From the NCBI GenBank assembly GCA_035765695.1, contig DASTXB010000017.1, positions 16,939-80,938 of the forward strand: a stretch of 64,000 bases of DNA. The letters run 5' to 3'. The notes beneath the pieces are model-generated. The model saw only the letters and a program-made list of their open reading frames with translations, made no database searches and was not told where the DNA came from. Shown piece after piece: positions 19,546 through 31,380 of this stretch (positions within the stretch are counted from its first letter, which is position 1; every line of letters begins with the position of its first letter). Made by a program: the position numbers and the translations under genes. This stretch comes from Nocardioides sp. (GTDB taxonomy: Bacteria; Actinomycetota; Actinomycetes; Propionibacteriales; Nocardioidaceae).

Positions 19546-21621
19546 CTAGATATCCAGGAATCGGACGTCCTTGGCGTTGCGCTGGATGAAGGAGCGGCGC
19601 TGCTCGACGTCCTCGCCCATGAGGATCGAGAAGATCTCGTCCGCGTGCGCGGCGTCGTCCAGGGTCACCTGGAGCATCAGGCGCTGGTCGGGGTCCATCG
19701 TGGTCTCCCACAGCTCCTTGGCGTTCATCTCGCCGAGACCCTTGTAGCGCTGGACCGGGTTCTCCTTCGGCAGCTTCTTGCCGGCCTCCTGGCCGGCGCG
19801 CAGCAGCGCGTCCCGCTCGGAGTCGGAGTAGACGAACTCGTGCTCGTGCGGCTTGTTCCACCGCAGCCGGTACAGCGGCGGCTGCGCCATGTAGACGTAG
19901 CCGCCCTCGATCAGCGGCTTCATGAAGCGGAACAGCAGCGTCAGCAGCAGCGTGTTGATGTGGTGGCCGTCGACGTCGGCGTCCGCCATCAGCACGACCT
20001 TGTGGTAGCGCAGCTTGGCGATGTCGAACTCGTCCTGGATGCCCGTGCCGAGGGCGGAGATGATCGACTGCACCTCCTGGTTGCCCAGGACCTTGTCGAT
20101 GCGGGCCTTCTCGACGTTCAGGATCTTGCCGCGGATCGGGAGGATCGCCTGGATCCGCGGGTCGCGGCCCTGGCGGGCCGACCCGCCCGCGGAGTCACCC
20201 TCGACGATGAACACCTCGCACTCGGCGGGGTTCGTCGACTGGCAGTCCGACAGCTTGCCCGGCAGGCTGCCGCCGCCGAGCAGGCCCTTGCGGTTGCGCG
20301 CCAGGTCGCGCGCCTTGCGCGCGGCGATCCGGGCGGAGGCGGCGGCCTGGGCGCGGCGGATGATGTCGCGGCCCTCGGCGGGGTTCTGCTCGAGCCAGGC
20401 GCCGAGCTGGTCGTTGACCACGCGCTGGACGAAGCCCTTGGCCTCGGTGTTGCCGAGCTTGGTCTTGGTCTGGCCCTCGAACTGCGGCTCGCCGATCTTG
20501 ATGGAGATGATCGCGGTCAGGCCCTCGCGGATGTCGTCGCCCGACACCCGGTCCTCCTGCTTCTTCATCAGGCCCCACTCCGAGCCCCAGTTGTTGACCA
20601 GCGAGGTCAGCGCCGCACGGAAGCCCTCCTCGTGGGTGCCGCCCTCGTGCGTGTTGATCGTGTTGGCGAAGGTGTGGACCGACTCCGTGTAGGAGGTGTT
20701 CCACTGCATCGCGATCTCGAGGCTCATGTGGTTCTCGACCGAGCCCGGCGTCTCCGCCTCGAAGGAGATGATCGACGGGTTCGCGACCTGCTTCTTGCGG
20801 TTGATGTACTCGACGTAGTCGACCAGGCCGCGCTCGTAGCGGAACACCTGCTCGATGCCGCCGGCCTCACCGCGCTTGATGCTGTCGGCGCGGCTCTGGT
20901 CCACGTCGTCGGCCACGGTGTCGTCCTCGACGGCGTCCGCGAGCTCGTCGGCCTGCGGCCGCTCGTCGCGCACCACGATCTCGAGGCCCTTGTTGAGGAA
21001 GGCGTACTCGCGGATCCGCGCGGAGATCGTCTCCAGGGAGTACGTCGTGGTCTCGAAGATGTCGGGGGAGGCGTAGAAGGTGATCGAGGTGCCGGTGCGC
21101 TCGCCGTCCTCCATCGGCCGGACGTCCTCGAGCGGTCCGTCGGGGACGCCGATCGTGAACGTCTGGCGCCACAGGTGGCCGCGGTTCTTCACCTCGGCGA
21201 TCACGTGCGTGGACAGCGCGTTGACGACCGAGACGCCGACGCCGTGCAGGCCGCCCGAGACCTTGTAGCCGCCGCCGCCGAACTTGCCGCCGGCGTGCAG
21301 CACGGTCAGCGCGAGCGTGATCGCCGGCAGCTCCTGGCCGGGCGCGGTGTCGGTCGGGATGCCGCGGCCGTTGTCCTCGACGCGGATGCCACCGTCGGCC
21401 TGGAGGGTCAGCACGATCCGGTCGCAGTAGCCGGCCAGCGCCTCGTCGACCGCGTTGTCCACGATCTCCCAGATCAGGTGGTGCAGGCCGCGCTCACCGG
21501 TGGAGCCGATGTACATGCCGGGGCGCTTGCGGACCGCCTCGAGGCCCTCGAGCACCTGGATCGCGGAGGCGTCGTACTGCACCTCGCCGGCGGGGGTCTC
21601 GACGTTGCTGTCCTCGCTCAC
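19546..21621 (-). CDS. gyrB: DNA gyrase subunit B
   Basis: [51 protein letters not shown]. Start 21621 or 21627. Confidence 0.98.
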   Translation of the reverse strand: MSEDSNVETPAGEVQYDASAIQVLEGLEAVRKRPGMYIGSTGERGLHHLIWEIVDNAVDEALAGYCDRIVLTLQADGGIRVEDNGRGIPTDTAPGQELPAITLALTVLHAGGKFGGGGYKVSGGLHGVGVSVVNALSTHVIAEVKNRGHLWRQTFTIGVPDGPLEDVRPMEDGERTGTSITFYASPDIFETTTYSLETISARIREYAFLNKGLEIVVRDERPQADELADAVEDDTVADDVDQSRADSIKRGEAGGIEQVFRYERGLVDYVEYINRKKQVANPSIISFEAETPGSVENHMSLEIAMQWNTSYTESVHTFANTINTHEGGTHEEGFRAALTSLVNNWGSEWGLMKKQEDRVSGDDIREGLTAIISIKIGEPQFEGQTKTKLGNTEAKGFVQRVVNDQLGAWLEQNPAEGRDIIRRAQAAASARIAARKARDLARNRKGLLGGGSLPGKLSDCQSTNPAECEVFIVEGDSAGGSARQGRDPRIQAILPIRGKILNVEKARIDKVLGNQEVQSIISALGTGIQDEFDIAKLRYHKVVLMADADVDGHHINTLLLTLLFRFMKPLIEGGYVYMAQPPLYRLRWNKPHEHEFVYSDSERDALLRAGQEAGKKLPKENPVQRYKGLGEMNAKELWETTMDPDQRLMLQVTLDDAAHADEIFSILMGEDVEQRRSFIQRNAKDVRFLDI

Positions 21622-21883
21622 GCGCACCTCTTCTTGCGGCTTCTTCCGGCCACTGACATGGAGAAGGCCGCAGCACGAGGGCTGGACGGCCGACGTCCAT
21701 GATAGCCGTCAGAACGCCGCATTCCACGTCCCGACCCGGCGGCGCGGGGTGTCTGTGGACGAAATCGGGTCCGGAGCGGCTCCTGAACGCCGCTCACGCG
21801 GACGAACGGGGGTGCGGACGGGCCCCCGTACGTCGACGCGGCCGCCGGATCGTCTCCGGAGCGCTCCCGGGACCAGCAGCCGG

Positions 21884-22423
21884 TCAGCCGTAGGTGTCGC
21901 GCGGACCGCGGCCGTCGCGGACCGAGCGCGGACCCTTCTTCCACGTGGGCAGGTGGGGACCCTGGACGTCGATCACGGTGACCGTCCCGTGGCCGAGCTC
22001 CTCGTTGAGCCGGCGGACGACCGTCGGGGCGAGGAGCCGCAGCTGGGTGGCCCAGGCGGTGGAGTCGGTGCGCACCACGAGCCGGCCGTCGGCGAACGAC
22101 TCGGGCGTGCAGTGCCGGGCGATCTCGGCGCCGACCAGCTCCTCCCAGCGGCCGAACACGCCGTGCACCCGCAGGTCGAGGTCCCAGCCGTGGTCGTCGA
22201 TCAGGCGGCTGAGCGTGGCGTCGAGCAGCTGCGGGTCGCGGTCGTCGGGGTGCGCACCCGACACGCGCCCCCGGCCGGGGGCGTCCTTGCGGCGGAGCTT
22301 CCTGCGTGCTGCGGGCGTCGACTTCGCGGTCGCCCGGGTCAGCGCCCGCGCCAGCTCGAGGCCGTCGTCGCGGTGCTCCGGGGCCTCGGGCACACCCGGG
22401 GGCTCCGGCCCGTCACTGCTCAC
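21884..22423 (-). CDS. DUF721/DciA family protein
   Basis: [29 protein letters not shown]; between recF and gyrB. Confidence 0.9.
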   Translation of the reverse strand: MSSDGPEPPGVPEAPEHRDDGLELARALTRATAKSTPAARRKLRRKDAPGRGRVSGAHPDDRDPQLLDATLSRLIDDHGWDLDLRVHGVFGRWEELVGAEIARHCTPESFADGRLVVRTDSTAWATQLRLLAPTVVRRLNEELGHGTVTVIDVQGPHLPTWKKGPRSVRDGRGPRDTYG

Positions 22424-23528
22424 GGACCACCTCGCCGTTCGCGACGGCGTACCGGGTGCCCGCCAGCGCCGCCGGCACGTCGGCGGCGACCGCGGCCGTC
22501 ACCAGGACCTGCTCCGCGCCCGCGACCAGGTCGGCCAGCTGGGCGCGGCGCTCGGTGTCGAGCTCGGCGAACACGTCGTCGAGGATGAGGATCGGATCGT
22601 CGCCGTCCGCGCGGAGGAGGTCGTACGACGCCAGGCGCAGTGCGAGCGCGAACGACCAGGACTCCCCGTGCGAGGCGTAGCCCTTGACCGGCAGCTCGCC
22701 GAGCCGGCACAGCAGCTCGTCGCGGTGCGGACCCACCAGGGAGACGCCCCGGTCGACCTCGTCGGCCCGCCGCCGCTCGACCTCGGCGAGCAGCGCCTCG
22801 GTCAGGTCGTCGCGGTCGGTGCGGCCCTCGAGGTCGAACGACGGCTTGTACTCGATGTCCGCGTCGTCGCGGCTCGCGCCGCGGGCGACGGTCTCGTACG
22901 CCTTGCCGACGTACGGACGCAACGCCTCCACCAGCGCGAGCCGCTCGGCGAGCAGCTCGGCACCGGTCCGGGCGAGGTGGGCGTCCCAGACCCCGAGCGT
23001 GTCGAGCGCGCCCTTGCTCATCCGCGCGGTCTTGAGCAGCGAATTGCGCTGCCGCAGCACCCGGTCGTAGTCGGCGCGGACCCCGGCCAGGCGCGGGGTG
23101 CGCAGCACCAGCAGGTCGTCGAGGAGCTTGCGCCGGTCGCCGGGGTCGCCCTTGACCAGGGTGAGGTCCTCGGGGGAGAAGACCACCGTGCGCACCAGGC
23201 CCACGAGCTCGCGGGCGCGGGGGAGGGGCGAGCGGTTGATCCGCGCGCGGTTGGACCTGCCGGGGTTGAGCTCCACCTCGAGCACGGCGGTCCGGCCGTC
23301 GCGGACGACCGCCGCGCGCACGACGGCCTGGTCCGCGCCGGCGCGGATCAGCGGCGCGTCGGTCGCCACCCGGTGCGACGCCAGCCGGGAGAGGTAGTCG
23401 ATCGCCTCGACGAGGTTGGTCTTGCCCTGACCGTTGCGTCCGATGAACGCGGTGACCCCCGGCTCGAGCGCGACGTCGGCCGACGCGTAGGAGCGGAAGT
23501 CGTGGAGGGTCAGGTGCGAGACGTACAC
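22413..23528 (-). CDS. recF: DNA replication and repair protein RecF
   Basis: [32 protein letters not shown]. Confidence 0.97.
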   Translation of the reverse strand: MYVSHLTLHDFRSYASADVALEPGVTAFIGRNGQGKTNLVEAIDYLSRLASHRVATDAPLIRAGADQAVVRAAVVRDGRTAVLEVELNPGRSNRARINRSPLPRARELVGLVRTVVFSPEDLTLVKGDPGDRRKLLDDLLVLRTPRLAGVRADYDRVLRQRNSLLKTARMSKGALDTLGVWDAHLARTGAELLAERLALVEALRPYVGKAYETVARGASRDDADIEYKPSFDLEGRTDRDDLTEALLAEVERRRADEVDRGVSLVGPHRDELLCRLGELPVKGYASHGESWSFALALRLASYDLLRADGDDPILILDDVFAELDTERRAQLADLVAGAEQVLVTAAVAADVPAALAGTRYAVANGEVVREQ

Positions 23529-23535
23529 CGCACGG

Positions 23536-24444
23536 TCACGGCTTCGGCTGGGCGTCGCCGCCGACCGGCGGCTCGGTGCGGGTGGCGTGGCCGCCGAACT
23601 GGTTGCGCATGGCGGCGATCGCCTTCATCGCCGGGCTGTCGTCCTGCCGCGAGGTGAAGCGCGCGAACAGCGACGCCGCGATGACGTGCATGGGGACGGC
23701 GTTGTCGATCGCGGCCTCGACCGTCCAGCGACCCTCGCCGGAGTCCTCGGCGTAGCCGGCGATCTTGTCGAGGTGGGTGTCCTCCTCGAGCGCGGCGACC
23801 AGCAGGTCGAGCAGCCACGACCGGATCACGGTGCCGGAGCGCCAGGAGTCGAAGACCTCCGCGACGTTGTCGACCAGGTCGACCGTCTCGAGCAGCTCCC
23901 AGCCCTCGGCGTACGACTGCATCATGGCGTACTCGATGCCGTTGTGGACCATCTTGGCGAAGTGGCCGGCACCCGGGTTCTTGCCCGCGTGCACGAAGCC
24001 GCCCTCGTCGGGCTTGAGGGCGTCGAGGGCCGGCTGGACCTTCGCGACGTCCTCGTCGGAGCCGCCGCACATCAGCGCGTAGCCGTTCTTCAGGCCCCAG
24101 ACCCCGCCGGAGACGCCGCAGTCGACGAACCCGATGCCGCGCTCCGCGAGGAGGTCGGCGTTGACCTGGTCGTCGGTCCACTTCGAATTGCCGCCGTCGA
24201 CGACGAGGTCGCCCTCGCCGAGCAGGCCGGCGAGCTCGCGGATGGTCTCCCGGGTCGGGTCGCCCGAGGGCACCATCACCCACACGACCTTGGGGGAGGG
24301 GAGCCGGTCGACCATCGCCGCCAGGCTCTCCGCGTCCGCGAGGTCGGGGTTGCGGTCGTAGCCGACCACCGTGTGCCCCGCGTCGCGCAGCCGCGTCCGC
24401 ATGTTGCCACCCATCTTGCCGAGACCGACGAGTCCGATGTCCAT
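23536..24444 (-). CDS. gnd: 6-phosphogluconate dehydrogenase (short form)
   Basis: [35 protein letters not shown]. Confidence 0.95.
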   Translation of the reverse strand: MDIGLVGLGKMGGNMRTRLRDAGHTVVGYDRNPDLADAESLAAMVDRLPSPKVVWVMVPSGDPTRETIRELAGLLGEGDLVVDGGNSKWTDDQVNADLLAERGIGFVDCGVSGGVWGLKNGYALMCGGSDEDVAKVQPALDALKPDEGGFVHAGKNPGAGHFAKMVHNGIEYAMMQSYAEGWELLETVDLVDNVAEVFDSWRSGTVIRSWLLDLLVAALEEDTHLDKIAGYAEDSGEGRWTVEAAIDNAVPMHVIAASLFARFTSRQDDSPAMKAIAAMRNQFGGHATRTEPPVGGDAQPKP

Positions 24445-24491
24445 ACGGGCCAGCCTAGGTGGGAGACGGGTGGATCAGGAGGGCAGGTGGA

Positions 24492-25628
24492 TCAGGACAG
24501 CAGGCGGCGCGGCATCAGCAGGTAGCGGAACGGCGCGTCCTCGCCCTCGTCGACGCGGCCGCTGATCACGACCGGCTTGGAGGCCTGGGTGAACGCCAGC
24601 TCGACGACCGGCTGGTCGATGGCGGTGAGCCCGTCGAGCAGGAACTGCGGGTTGAACCCGGTGGTGATGTCCTCGCCGTCGATCGTCGCCTCGATCGACT
24701 CCGACGCCTGCGCCTCGTCCCCCGAGCCGGCGTCGAGCGTGAGCACGCCGTCGCTGAACGCCAGCTGCACCGCGGTGTTGCGCTCCGCGACCAGCGCGAC
24801 GCGCTTGACGGACTCGACCAGGGCGGCCTTGTCGACCAGCGCCGTGGTCTGGTGCTCGCTCGGGAAGAGGCTGCGGACCTTGGGGAACTCGCCGTCGAGG
24901 AGGCGGGTCGTCGTACGCCGGACGCCGCCCGGCGCCTGGCCCTCGAACCCGATGATGCCCTCCCCGGTGCCGGTCGTCGCGAGGGCGATGGTCACCTCGC
25001 CGCCCCCGGTCAACGACTTCGCGGTGTCGCCGAGCACGCGGGCCGGGACCAGCGCGGCCGCGGACTCGTCGGGGGTGCGCGGACTCCAGGCGAGCTCACG
25101 GTGCGAGAGCCGGAAGCGGTCGGTCGCGAGCAGCGAGATCGTGCTGCCGTCGATCTCGATCCGCACGCCCGTGAGCACCGGGAGCATGTCGTCGCGACCG
25201 GCCGCGGTGACCGCCTGCGCCACGGCGTGGGCGAACTCCTCGGCGGCGACGGTGCCGGTGGCGCCCGGCATGTCGGGCAGCGACGGGTAGTCCTCGACCG
25301 GCATGGTCTGGAGGCTGAAGCGGGCCGAACCACACGTGAGGGAGACCCGCGCGCCGTCGAGCACCATGTCGACGGGCTTGTCCGGGAGGCTGCGACAGAT
25401 GTCGGCGAGCAACCGGCCGCTGACCAACGCCTTGCCCTCGTCGTTGACCTGGGCGCTCAGCGTCGCTCGCGCGGAGGTCTCGTAGTCGAAGGTCGACAGC
25501 ACCAGCCCGTCGTCACTGGCCTCGATGAGCAGGCCGGCGAGCACCGGGACGCTGGGACGGACCGGAAGGCTGCGGGCAGCCCAGGCGACGGCATCGGCGA
25601 GCACGTCACGCTCGACGCGGAACTTCAC
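24492..25628 (-). CDS. dnaN: DNA polymerase III beta clamp
   Basis: MKFRVERDVLADAV, ATDRFRL, YLLMPRR. Confidence 0.97.
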   Translation of the reverse strand: MKFRVERDVLADAVAWAARSLPVRPSVPVLAGLLIEASDDGLVLSTFDYETSARATLSAQVNDEGKALVSGRLLADICRSLPDKPVDMVLDGARVSLTCGSARFSLQTMPVEDYPSLPDMPGATGTVAAEEFAHAVAQAVTAAGRDDMLPVLTGVRIEIDGSTISLLATDRFRLSHRELAWSPRTPDESAAALVPARVLGDTAKSLTGGGEVTIALATTGTGEGIIGFEGQAPGGVRRTTTRLLDGEFPKVRSLFPSEHQTTALVDKAALVESVKRVALVAERNTAVQLAFSDGVLTLDAGSGDEAQASESIEATIDGEDITTGFNPQFLLDGLTAIDQPVVELAFTQASKPVVISGRVDEGEDAPFRYLLMPRRLLS

Positions 25629-26051
25629 GGTGGTTCCTTCGGGTCGAATGTCGGTGGGGTTCGAGGTGGGGTTCGAGGGGGACGCAGGTGGGGGAATCAC
25701 ACAGATCCGGGGATGCGCATCCTGCCATGCAGGGCCGACGGGCGGCAGTTGTCCCCAGGAAGAGGCCCGGATGGATGTTCACGGGCGATCGATCTGTCTG
25801 GAGGTACGTGGGAGTCATAGCGTCGGTGGACACTGTGGACAACCTGCGTTCCCGCAGGTCAGCCCGCGAGTCTGTCGTGCACAGCCCCTGTGGAACGACA
25901 AATGAGGATCTCGCTCGTCGTGTGGAGCGGGCGCCCGGCCACGGATTCGTGTCGTTCCTCGTCCACAGGCTCTCCCGGGCACACGGCCGGCGAACCACAA
26001 GTCGTCCACAGTCGCCGCGGACCCGGGATGGGACCTCGGATCGGTCCGGGG
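25629..26051. other. Chromosomal replication origin (oriC), dnaA-dnaN intergenic region
   Basis: Many DnaA boxes: TTGTCCACA on the minus strand at 25834-25842 with a tandem GTGTCCACC, plus TCGTCCACA-type and TGTGGA half-matches across the gap. Confidence 0.9.
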
Positions 26052-27512
26052 TCAGACCTGACGGGCCTGCATCTTGACGCGGTTGGTCAGCTCGGAGACC
26101 TGGTTGAAGACCGCGCGCCGCTCGGCCAGCAGCTGGTTGATCTTCCGGTCGGCGTACATGACCGTCGTGTGGTCGCGGTTGCCGAACTGCGCGCCGATCT
26201 TCGGCAGGGACAGGTCGGTGAGCTCGCGGCACAGGTACATGGCGATCTGGCGCGCCATCACCAGGTGACGACCGCGGCTGGGCCCGGTGAGCTCGTCGAT
26301 GGACAGCCCGAAGTACGCCGCGGTCTGGGCGATGATCAGGGCCGCGGTGATCTCGGGCTCGCCGCCCTCGGGGATCAGGTCCTTGAGCACGATCTCGGCC
26401 AGGGTCATGTCGACCTCCTGGCGGTTGAGGTTCGCGAACGCCGTCACCCGGATCAGCGCACCCTCGAGCTCGCGGATGTTCGTCTGGATCTTCGAGGCGA
26501 TGAACTCCAGGACGTCCGGGGGCGCGGTGAGCCGGTCCATCGCGGCCTTCTTGCGCAGGATCGCGATGCGGGTCTCGAGGTCCGGCGGCTGGACATCGGT
26601 GATCAGGCCCCACTCGAACCGGTTGCGCAGCCGGTCCTCGAGCGCCTCGAGGCGCTTGGGGGCCCGGTCGGAGGTCAGCACGATCTGCTTGTTCGCGTTG
26701 TGGAGCGTGTTGAAGGTGTGGAAGAACTCCTCCTGGGTCTGGGTCTTGCCCTCCAGGAACTGGATGTCGTCGATCAGCAGGACGTCCACGTCGCGGTAGC
26801 GCCGCTTGAACCGGTCCTGCCGGTCGTCGCGGATCGCGTTGATGAACTCGTTGGTGAACTCCTCGCTCGACACGTAGCGCACCTTGGCGCCGGTGTAGAG
26901 GGAGCGGACGTAGTGGCCGATCGCGTGCAGCAGGTGTGTCTTGCCCAGGCCGGAGTCGCCGTAGACGAGGAGCGGGTTGTACGCCTTGCCCGGCGCCTCG
27001 GCCACCGCGACCGCGGCCGCGTGGGGGAACCGGTTCGACGAGCCGATGACGAAGGTCTCGAAGGTGTACTTGGGGTTGAGCCGCGTCTCGAGCGCGGTGG
27101 GGCGGCCGCCGGCGGCCTCGTGCGGGATCTCGACCGGGGGCGCCGCCATCGGGGCCGGCGCCGGAGCCGGAGGCATGTTTGTCGACATATCGATCTCTCG
27201 ACTTGCCGATTCGTCGATCGGGGCCGCGAGCGGCACGGCGGCCGCCTCCTCGAGCGCCGGATTGACGGTGACCGCGATCCGGATCTCGCGCCCGAAGCGC
27301 ACGGTGAGCGCATCCTCGAGCTGGGCGCGCAGCCGACCCTCGAGCTGGTTGCGGGTGAAGTCGTTGGGGACCGCGACGATCGCCGTGCTCTCGTGGAGCG
27401 TGACCGGCTCGCTGGCGCGCAGCCACGCGCGCTGGTTCGGCTGGAGGTCGTCGACGACGCCGCGCCAGGCGGTCCGAAGGTCCGGGCTGAGGTCCGAGGT
27501 GCTCTGCTCCAC
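26052..27512 (-). CDS. dnaA: Chromosomal replication initiator DnaA
   Basis: [41 protein letters not shown]. Start uncertain. Confidence 0.98.
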   Translation of the reverse strand: MEQSTSDLSPDLRTAWRGVVDDLQPNQRAWLRASEPVTLHESTAIVAVPNDFTRNQLEGRLRAQLEDALTVRFGREIRIAVTVNPALEEAAAVPLAAPIDESASREIDMSTNMPPAPAPAPMAAPPVEIPHEAAGGRPTALETRLNPKYTFETFVIGSSNRFPHAAAVAVAEAPGKAYNPLLVYGDSGLGKTHLLHAIGHYVRSLYTGAKVRYVSSEEFTNEFINAIRDDRQDRFKRRYRDVDVLLIDDIQFLEGKTQTQEEFFHTFNTLHNANKQIVLTSDRAPKRLEALEDRLRNRFEWGLITDVQPPDLETRIAILRKKAAMDRLTAPPDVLEFIASKIQTNIRELEGALIRVTAFANLNRQEVDMTLAEIVLKDLIPEGGEPEITAALIIAQTAAYFGLSIDELTGPSRGRHLVMARQIAMYLCRELTDLSLPKIGAQFGNRDHTTVMYADRKINQLLAERRAVFNQVSELTNRVKMQARQV

Positions 27513-27650
27513 CGTTCCCGCTTTCTGGTCAGTGCTGGTCGGGGCTGGTCGGTCGGGCCCGGTGCGCCCCGGACGATGACGACCATCGTCGGTGACGCCC
27601 CGCCGCTCCCGCAGGAGAACGGCAGGAGTCCCGGAACCCCGGGGGCTCTG

Positions 27651-27930
27651 CGTCCACAACTTTGTCCACAGGTTGTGAACCCGGCCCCTCCGCTGTGGAG
27701 AGTGCCGGTCCGAGACCACCCGACGGCCGGTCCGTGCCGGAGTTTCTGCAGGTCAGGAGGGTGTTCGCTCGAATGTGGCGGGCGTCACAACCCCGGGTGA
27801 CCCGGACCGTTCCACCGGTGGTGGGGAACCTCGTTGTCGGCGAACGTAACAAGCGCCGGCGGCCGGCGGCAACCCGTCATCCACAGGTAGTCTGACGGGG
27901 CCCGGACGCCGGTTTGACCCTGTGGATTGC
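27651..27930. promoter_or_regulatory. DnaA-box cluster in the dnaA-rpmH divergent promoter region
   Basis: TTGTCCACA at 27662-27670 plus degenerate boxes (GCGTCCACA, TCATCCACA, TGTGGATTG). Confidence 0.75.
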
Positions 27931-28122
27931 CAGCGCGTACCGTTGCTCGGTCACCCGGTGTCGACCGGTGCCGCATGTCCACGACAGAGCAGCCGCGCAG
28001 AGCACGAATCTGGCGGGTCGTTCGTGGGTGCGCGGTGCCAGCCGAAAGGGCCCCCGAGGTCCGCTGAACATCGCCGCTCCGGCCCGGCGTGGCTGCCCTG
28101 ACAACACCATGGAGAGAAGCTC

Positions 28123-28260
28123 GTGAGCAAGCGTACGTACCAGCCGAACAACCGCCGCCGTCACAAGGTGCACGGGTTCCGCCTGCGCATGCGTACCCGT
28201 GCCGGCCGCGCCATCCTGTCCTCGCGCCGCCGCAAGGGTCGCAAGAGCCTGGCCGTCTGA
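28123..28260 (+). CDS. rpmH: 50S ribosomal protein L34
   Basis: [45 protein letters not shown]; not in the ORF track. Confidence 0.97.
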   Translation: MSKRTYQPNNRRRHKVHGFRLRMRTRAGRAILSSRRRKGRKSLAV

Positions 28261-28289
28261 CGGCCGGCGGCCGGACCCGGGCCAGCCGC

Positions 28290-28643
28290 GTGCTGTCCGC
28301 GGCTCACCGCCTGACCGACGGTGCTTCGTTCCGCGAGGCGGTCCGCATGGGCCGCCGGAGCGGAACGCGCACCGTCGTGGTGCATCTGGCGACCGGTCCG
28401 TCCCCGGACGGACCGCCGCGGGTGGGCTTCGTGGTCAGCAAGGCCGTCGGGAACGCCGTCACCCGCAACCGCGTGAAGCGTCGACTCCGACACCTGGCCC
28501 GGGAGCACGTCTCGTCGCTCCCGGGCTCTGCTGTGCTCGTGGTCCGGGCGCTCCCCGCGGCCGCCAGCGCGAGCTCCGCGGAACTCGGCGCTGATCTCGT
28601 CCGTTGCCTCCGACGGGTGCAGGCTCAGGAGGTGCGTGCATGA
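28290..28643 (+). CDS. rnpA: RNase P protein component
   Basis: RVGFVVSKAVGNAVTRNRVKRRLR. Confidence 0.95.
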   Translation: MLSAAHRLTDGASFREAVRMGRRSGTRTVVVHLATGPSPDGPPRVGFVVSKAVGNAVTRNRVKRRLRHLAREHVSSLPGSAVLVVRALPAAASASSAELGADLVRCLRRVQAQEVRA

Positions 28644-28933
28644 AGTACGACCCGCTGCGCTGGCTGCTGATCGGCTTCCTGCGCCTGTACCGACTGCTGG
28701 TCAGTCCGCTCTACGGCCAGGTCTGCCGCTACCACCCGTCCTGCTCGGCGTACGCCCTCGGGGCCGTCACCGAGCACGGCAGCCTGCGAGGCACCTGGCT
28801 GGCCGTCCGCCGGCTGGTGCGGTGCCATCCGTGGGCCGCCGGTGGCTACGACCCCGTGCCGCCCCGCTCCGACCCGTCCGAGTCGTCCCGCGCGAGCGCG
28901 GGCCCGACTCCCTCACCCCAGCAAGGAGCCTGA
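28640..28933 (+). CDS. yidD: Membrane protein insertion efficiency factor
   Basis: CRYHPSCSAY, RCHPW..GGYDPVP. Confidence 0.95.
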   Translation: MKYDPLRWLLIGFLRLYRLLVSPLYGQVCRYHPSCSAYALGAVTEHGSLRGTWLAVRRLVRCHPWAAGGYDPVPPRSDPSESSRASAGPTPSPQQGA

Positions 28934-28936
28934 TCC

Positions 28937-29935
28937 GTGGGATTCCTCGGCGACATCGGCCACTTCATCATGACGCCGCTGTACTACGCCATCTCCGCCG
29001 TCCTCGTCGCGTGGCACTGGCTGTTCACCAACGTCGTCCAGATGAACCCCGACGGGGGCGCCACCTGGGTGCTCTCGATCATCGGCCTCACGCTGACCGT
29101 GCGCGCCGCCCTGATCCCGCTGTTCGTCAAGCAGATCAAGTCCAGCCGGAACATGCAGCTGATCCAGCCCAAGGTCAAGGAGCTGCAGAAGAAGTACGGC
29201 CACGACCGGGAGCGCCTGGCCCAGGAGACGATGAAGCTGTACCGGGAGAGCGGGACCAACCCGTTCGCCTCGTGCCTGCCGATCCTGATCCAGATGCCGA
29301 TCTTCCTGGCACTGTTCCGGCTGCTCGACCACCACGCCGCCAACGGCTCCGGCATCGCGTTCCTCACCGACGAGCTCGCGGCCAGCTTCGGCAACTCCGA
29401 GCTGTTCGGCGTCATCCCGCTGAAGGCGACGTTCCTCCAGAGCGGTGGCTCGGTCGCGGTCCAGCTGGTCGCCGCGCTGCTCGTCGTCGCGATGACGGCC
29501 ACCACGTTCACCACCCAGCGGCAGCTGATGAGCAAGAACATGCCGCCGGACGCGCTCACCGGGCCGTACGCCCAGCAGCAGAAGCTGCTCCTCTACGTCC
29601 TGCCCGTCGTGTTCGCCGTCGGTGGCATCGCGTTCCCCATCGGTGTCCTCTTCTACTGGACCACGTCGAACCTGTGGACGATGGGCCAGCAGTTCTACGT
29701 GATCCGGAACAACCCGGCACCGGGCACCGCGGCCGCGAAGGCCAAGGAGGAGCGTGACCGGCTCAAGGCGGCGAAGCACGGCACGTCCGTCGAGGAGCCG
29801 GTCGTGGAGCCCGAGGAGGAGCGCCGGCCGCAGCCGCGGCAGCAGCCCAAGAAGCAGTCGCGCGAGCAGCGCAAGAAGTCCAGCGGGCCGCGTCCCGCCC
29901 CGAAGCCGAAGCCCGAGGGAGGCACCCATGACTGA
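28937..29935 (+). CDS. yidC: Membrane protein insertase YidC
   Basis: PLFVKQIKS, NPFASCLPILIQMPIF, YWTTSNLWTMGQQ. Confidence 0.95.
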   Translation: MGFLGDIGHFIMTPLYYAISAVLVAWHWLFTNVVQMNPDGGATWVLSIIGLTLTVRAALIPLFVKQIKSSRNMQLIQPKVKELQKKYGHDRERLAQETMKLYRESGTNPFASCLPILIQMPIFLALFRLLDHHAANGSGIAFLTDELAASFGNSELFGVIPLKATFLQSGGSVAVQLVAALLVVAMTATTFTTQRQLMSKNMPPDALTGPYAQQQKLLLYVLPVVFAVGGIAFPIGVLFYWTTSNLWTMGQQFYVIRNNPAPGTAAAKAKEERDRLKAAKHGTSVEEPVVEPEEERRPQPRQQPKKQSREQRKKSSGPRPAPKPKPEGGTHD

Positions 29936-30482
29936 CGCCGTGAACGAGACCGATACCGCTCCCGCAACCGACGACGAGAGTGCGGTGGAGACCGCGGCGC
30001 CCGAGACCGTCGACGCCTGGTCGCGCCTCGAGCAGCTCGAGCGCGAGGGCGACATCGCCGCCGACTACCTCGAGGAGCTGCTGGACATCGCCGACCTCGA
30101 CGGTGATCTCGACATGGACGTCGAGGGGGACCGCGCCGCGGTCTCGATCGTGGGAGCCGACCTCTCCCAGCTCGTCGGCGCCAAGGGCGAGGTGCTCGAC
30201 GCGCTCCAGGAGCTGACCCGGCTGGCGGTCTACCGCGAGACCGGCGAGCGGTCGCGGTTGATGCTGGACATCTCCGGCTACCGGGCGCAGAAGCGCGACG
30301 AGCTGGTGAAGCTGGCCGAGGAGACCGTGGCCCGGGTGAAGGAGGACGGCGAGCCCGTCTCCCTCGCGCCGATGTCGCCGTTCGAGCGGAAGGTCGTCCA
30401 CGACACGGTGGCCGCCGCCGGGCTGTCCTCGGAGTCCGAGGGCGTCGAGCCGCGCCGCTTCGTGGTGGTCCTGCCGGCGTGA
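29928..30482 (+). CDS. jag: Jag/R3H RNA-binding protein
   Basis: EGDIAADYLEELLD, KH-like LVGAKGEVLDALQ, R3H ERKVVHD. Confidence 0.92.
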   Translation: MTDAVNETDTAPATDDESAVETAAPETVDAWSRLEQLEREGDIAADYLEELLDIADLDGDLDMDVEGDRAAVSIVGADLSQLVGAKGEVLDALQELTRLAVYRETGERSRLMLDISGYRAQKRDELVKLAEETVARVKEDGEPVSLAPMSPFERKVVHDTVAAAGLSSESEGVEPRRFVVVLPA

Positions 30483-30556
30483 CCGCATGACGGCCCACGT
30501 AGGCGTGGCGTTCCCCCGCTCCGCTCCTCCAGTCCGCGCTTCCGCGGGGACCCCGG

Positions 30557-31288
30557 GTGAGTGACGTTTCACGTGAAACACCCTCCGCGCCCGAGGCGGC
30601 ACGGAGGGTGTTTCCGTCTGACCGGATGGAGCTGGCCGAGCGGTACGCGGGCCTGCTCGCCACCGATGGCGTCGTCCGTGGGCTGATCGGCCCCCGCGAG
30701 GTGCCACGCCTGTGGGACCGGCACCTGGTGAACTGCGCCCTGCTCGCCGACCTGGTGCCGCCCGGCGCGGACGTGTGCGACATCGGCTCCGGCGCCGGGC
30801 TCCCTGGCCTGGTGCTGGCGATCGCGCGCACCGACCTGCAGGTGACTCTCGTCGAGCCGCTGCTGCGGCGTACCACCTTCCTCGAGGAGGCGGTCACGGC
30901 GCTCGGCCTCGACCACGTCGAGGTGGTGCGCGGGCGTGCGGACTCGCTGCACGGGCGGCGCCGGTTCGCGGTGGTGACCTCGCGGGCGGTCGCCCCCCTG
31001 GACCGGCTGCTCGGCTGGTCCATGCCGTTGGTCGAGCCGACCGGGGCGCTGGTCGCGATGAAGGGGTCGTCGATCGGCGACGAGATCGAGGCTGCCCGTC
31101 CCGTCCTGGCGGAGCTCGGCTGCGCGGAGCCCGAGGTGCGGATCCTCGGTGAGGGGATCGCCCCCTCCACCACCGTCGCGGTCCGGGTGGCCTGGGCGGA
31201 TCCGGGGCAGGTATCTTGGCCGCTTCCGGCACCCGGACCTCGGACCAGATCGAAGCAGAGCACGTCGAAGCGGAGGCGCCGACCTTGA
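30557..31288 (+). CDS. rsmG: 16S rRNA m7G527 methyltransferase
   Basis: GLIGPRE..RLWDRH, DIGSGAGLPG, TSRAVA. Confidence 0.95.
   Translation: MSDVSRETPSAPEAARRVFPSDRMELAERYAGLLATDGVVRGLIGPREVPRLWDRHLVNCALLADLVPPGADVCDIGSGAGLPGLVLAIARTDLQVTLVEPLLRRTTFLEEAVTALGLDHVEVVRGRADSLHGRRRFAVVTSRAVAPLDRLLGWSMPLVEPTGALVAMKGSSIGDEIEAARPVLAELGCAEPEVRILGEGIAPSTTVAVRVAWADPGQVSWPLPAPGPRTRSKQSTSKRRRRP
30566..30579. other. parS site
   Basis: Perfect palindrome GTTTCACGTGAAAC. Confidence 0.93.
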
Positions 31289-31328
31289 GCGAGTTTTCCA
31301 CCGGTGGCGGGACGCCTCCTGAGCGTGG

Positions 31329-31337
31329 TTATCCACA
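31329..31337 (+). promoter_or_regulatory. Consensus DnaA box upstream of parA
   Basis: TTATCCACA, with degenerate boxes either side. Confidence 0.7.
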
Positions 31338-31380
31338 AAGCGCCGCCACTCCTCCACAGCCTGAGGGCACCGGGGAGACC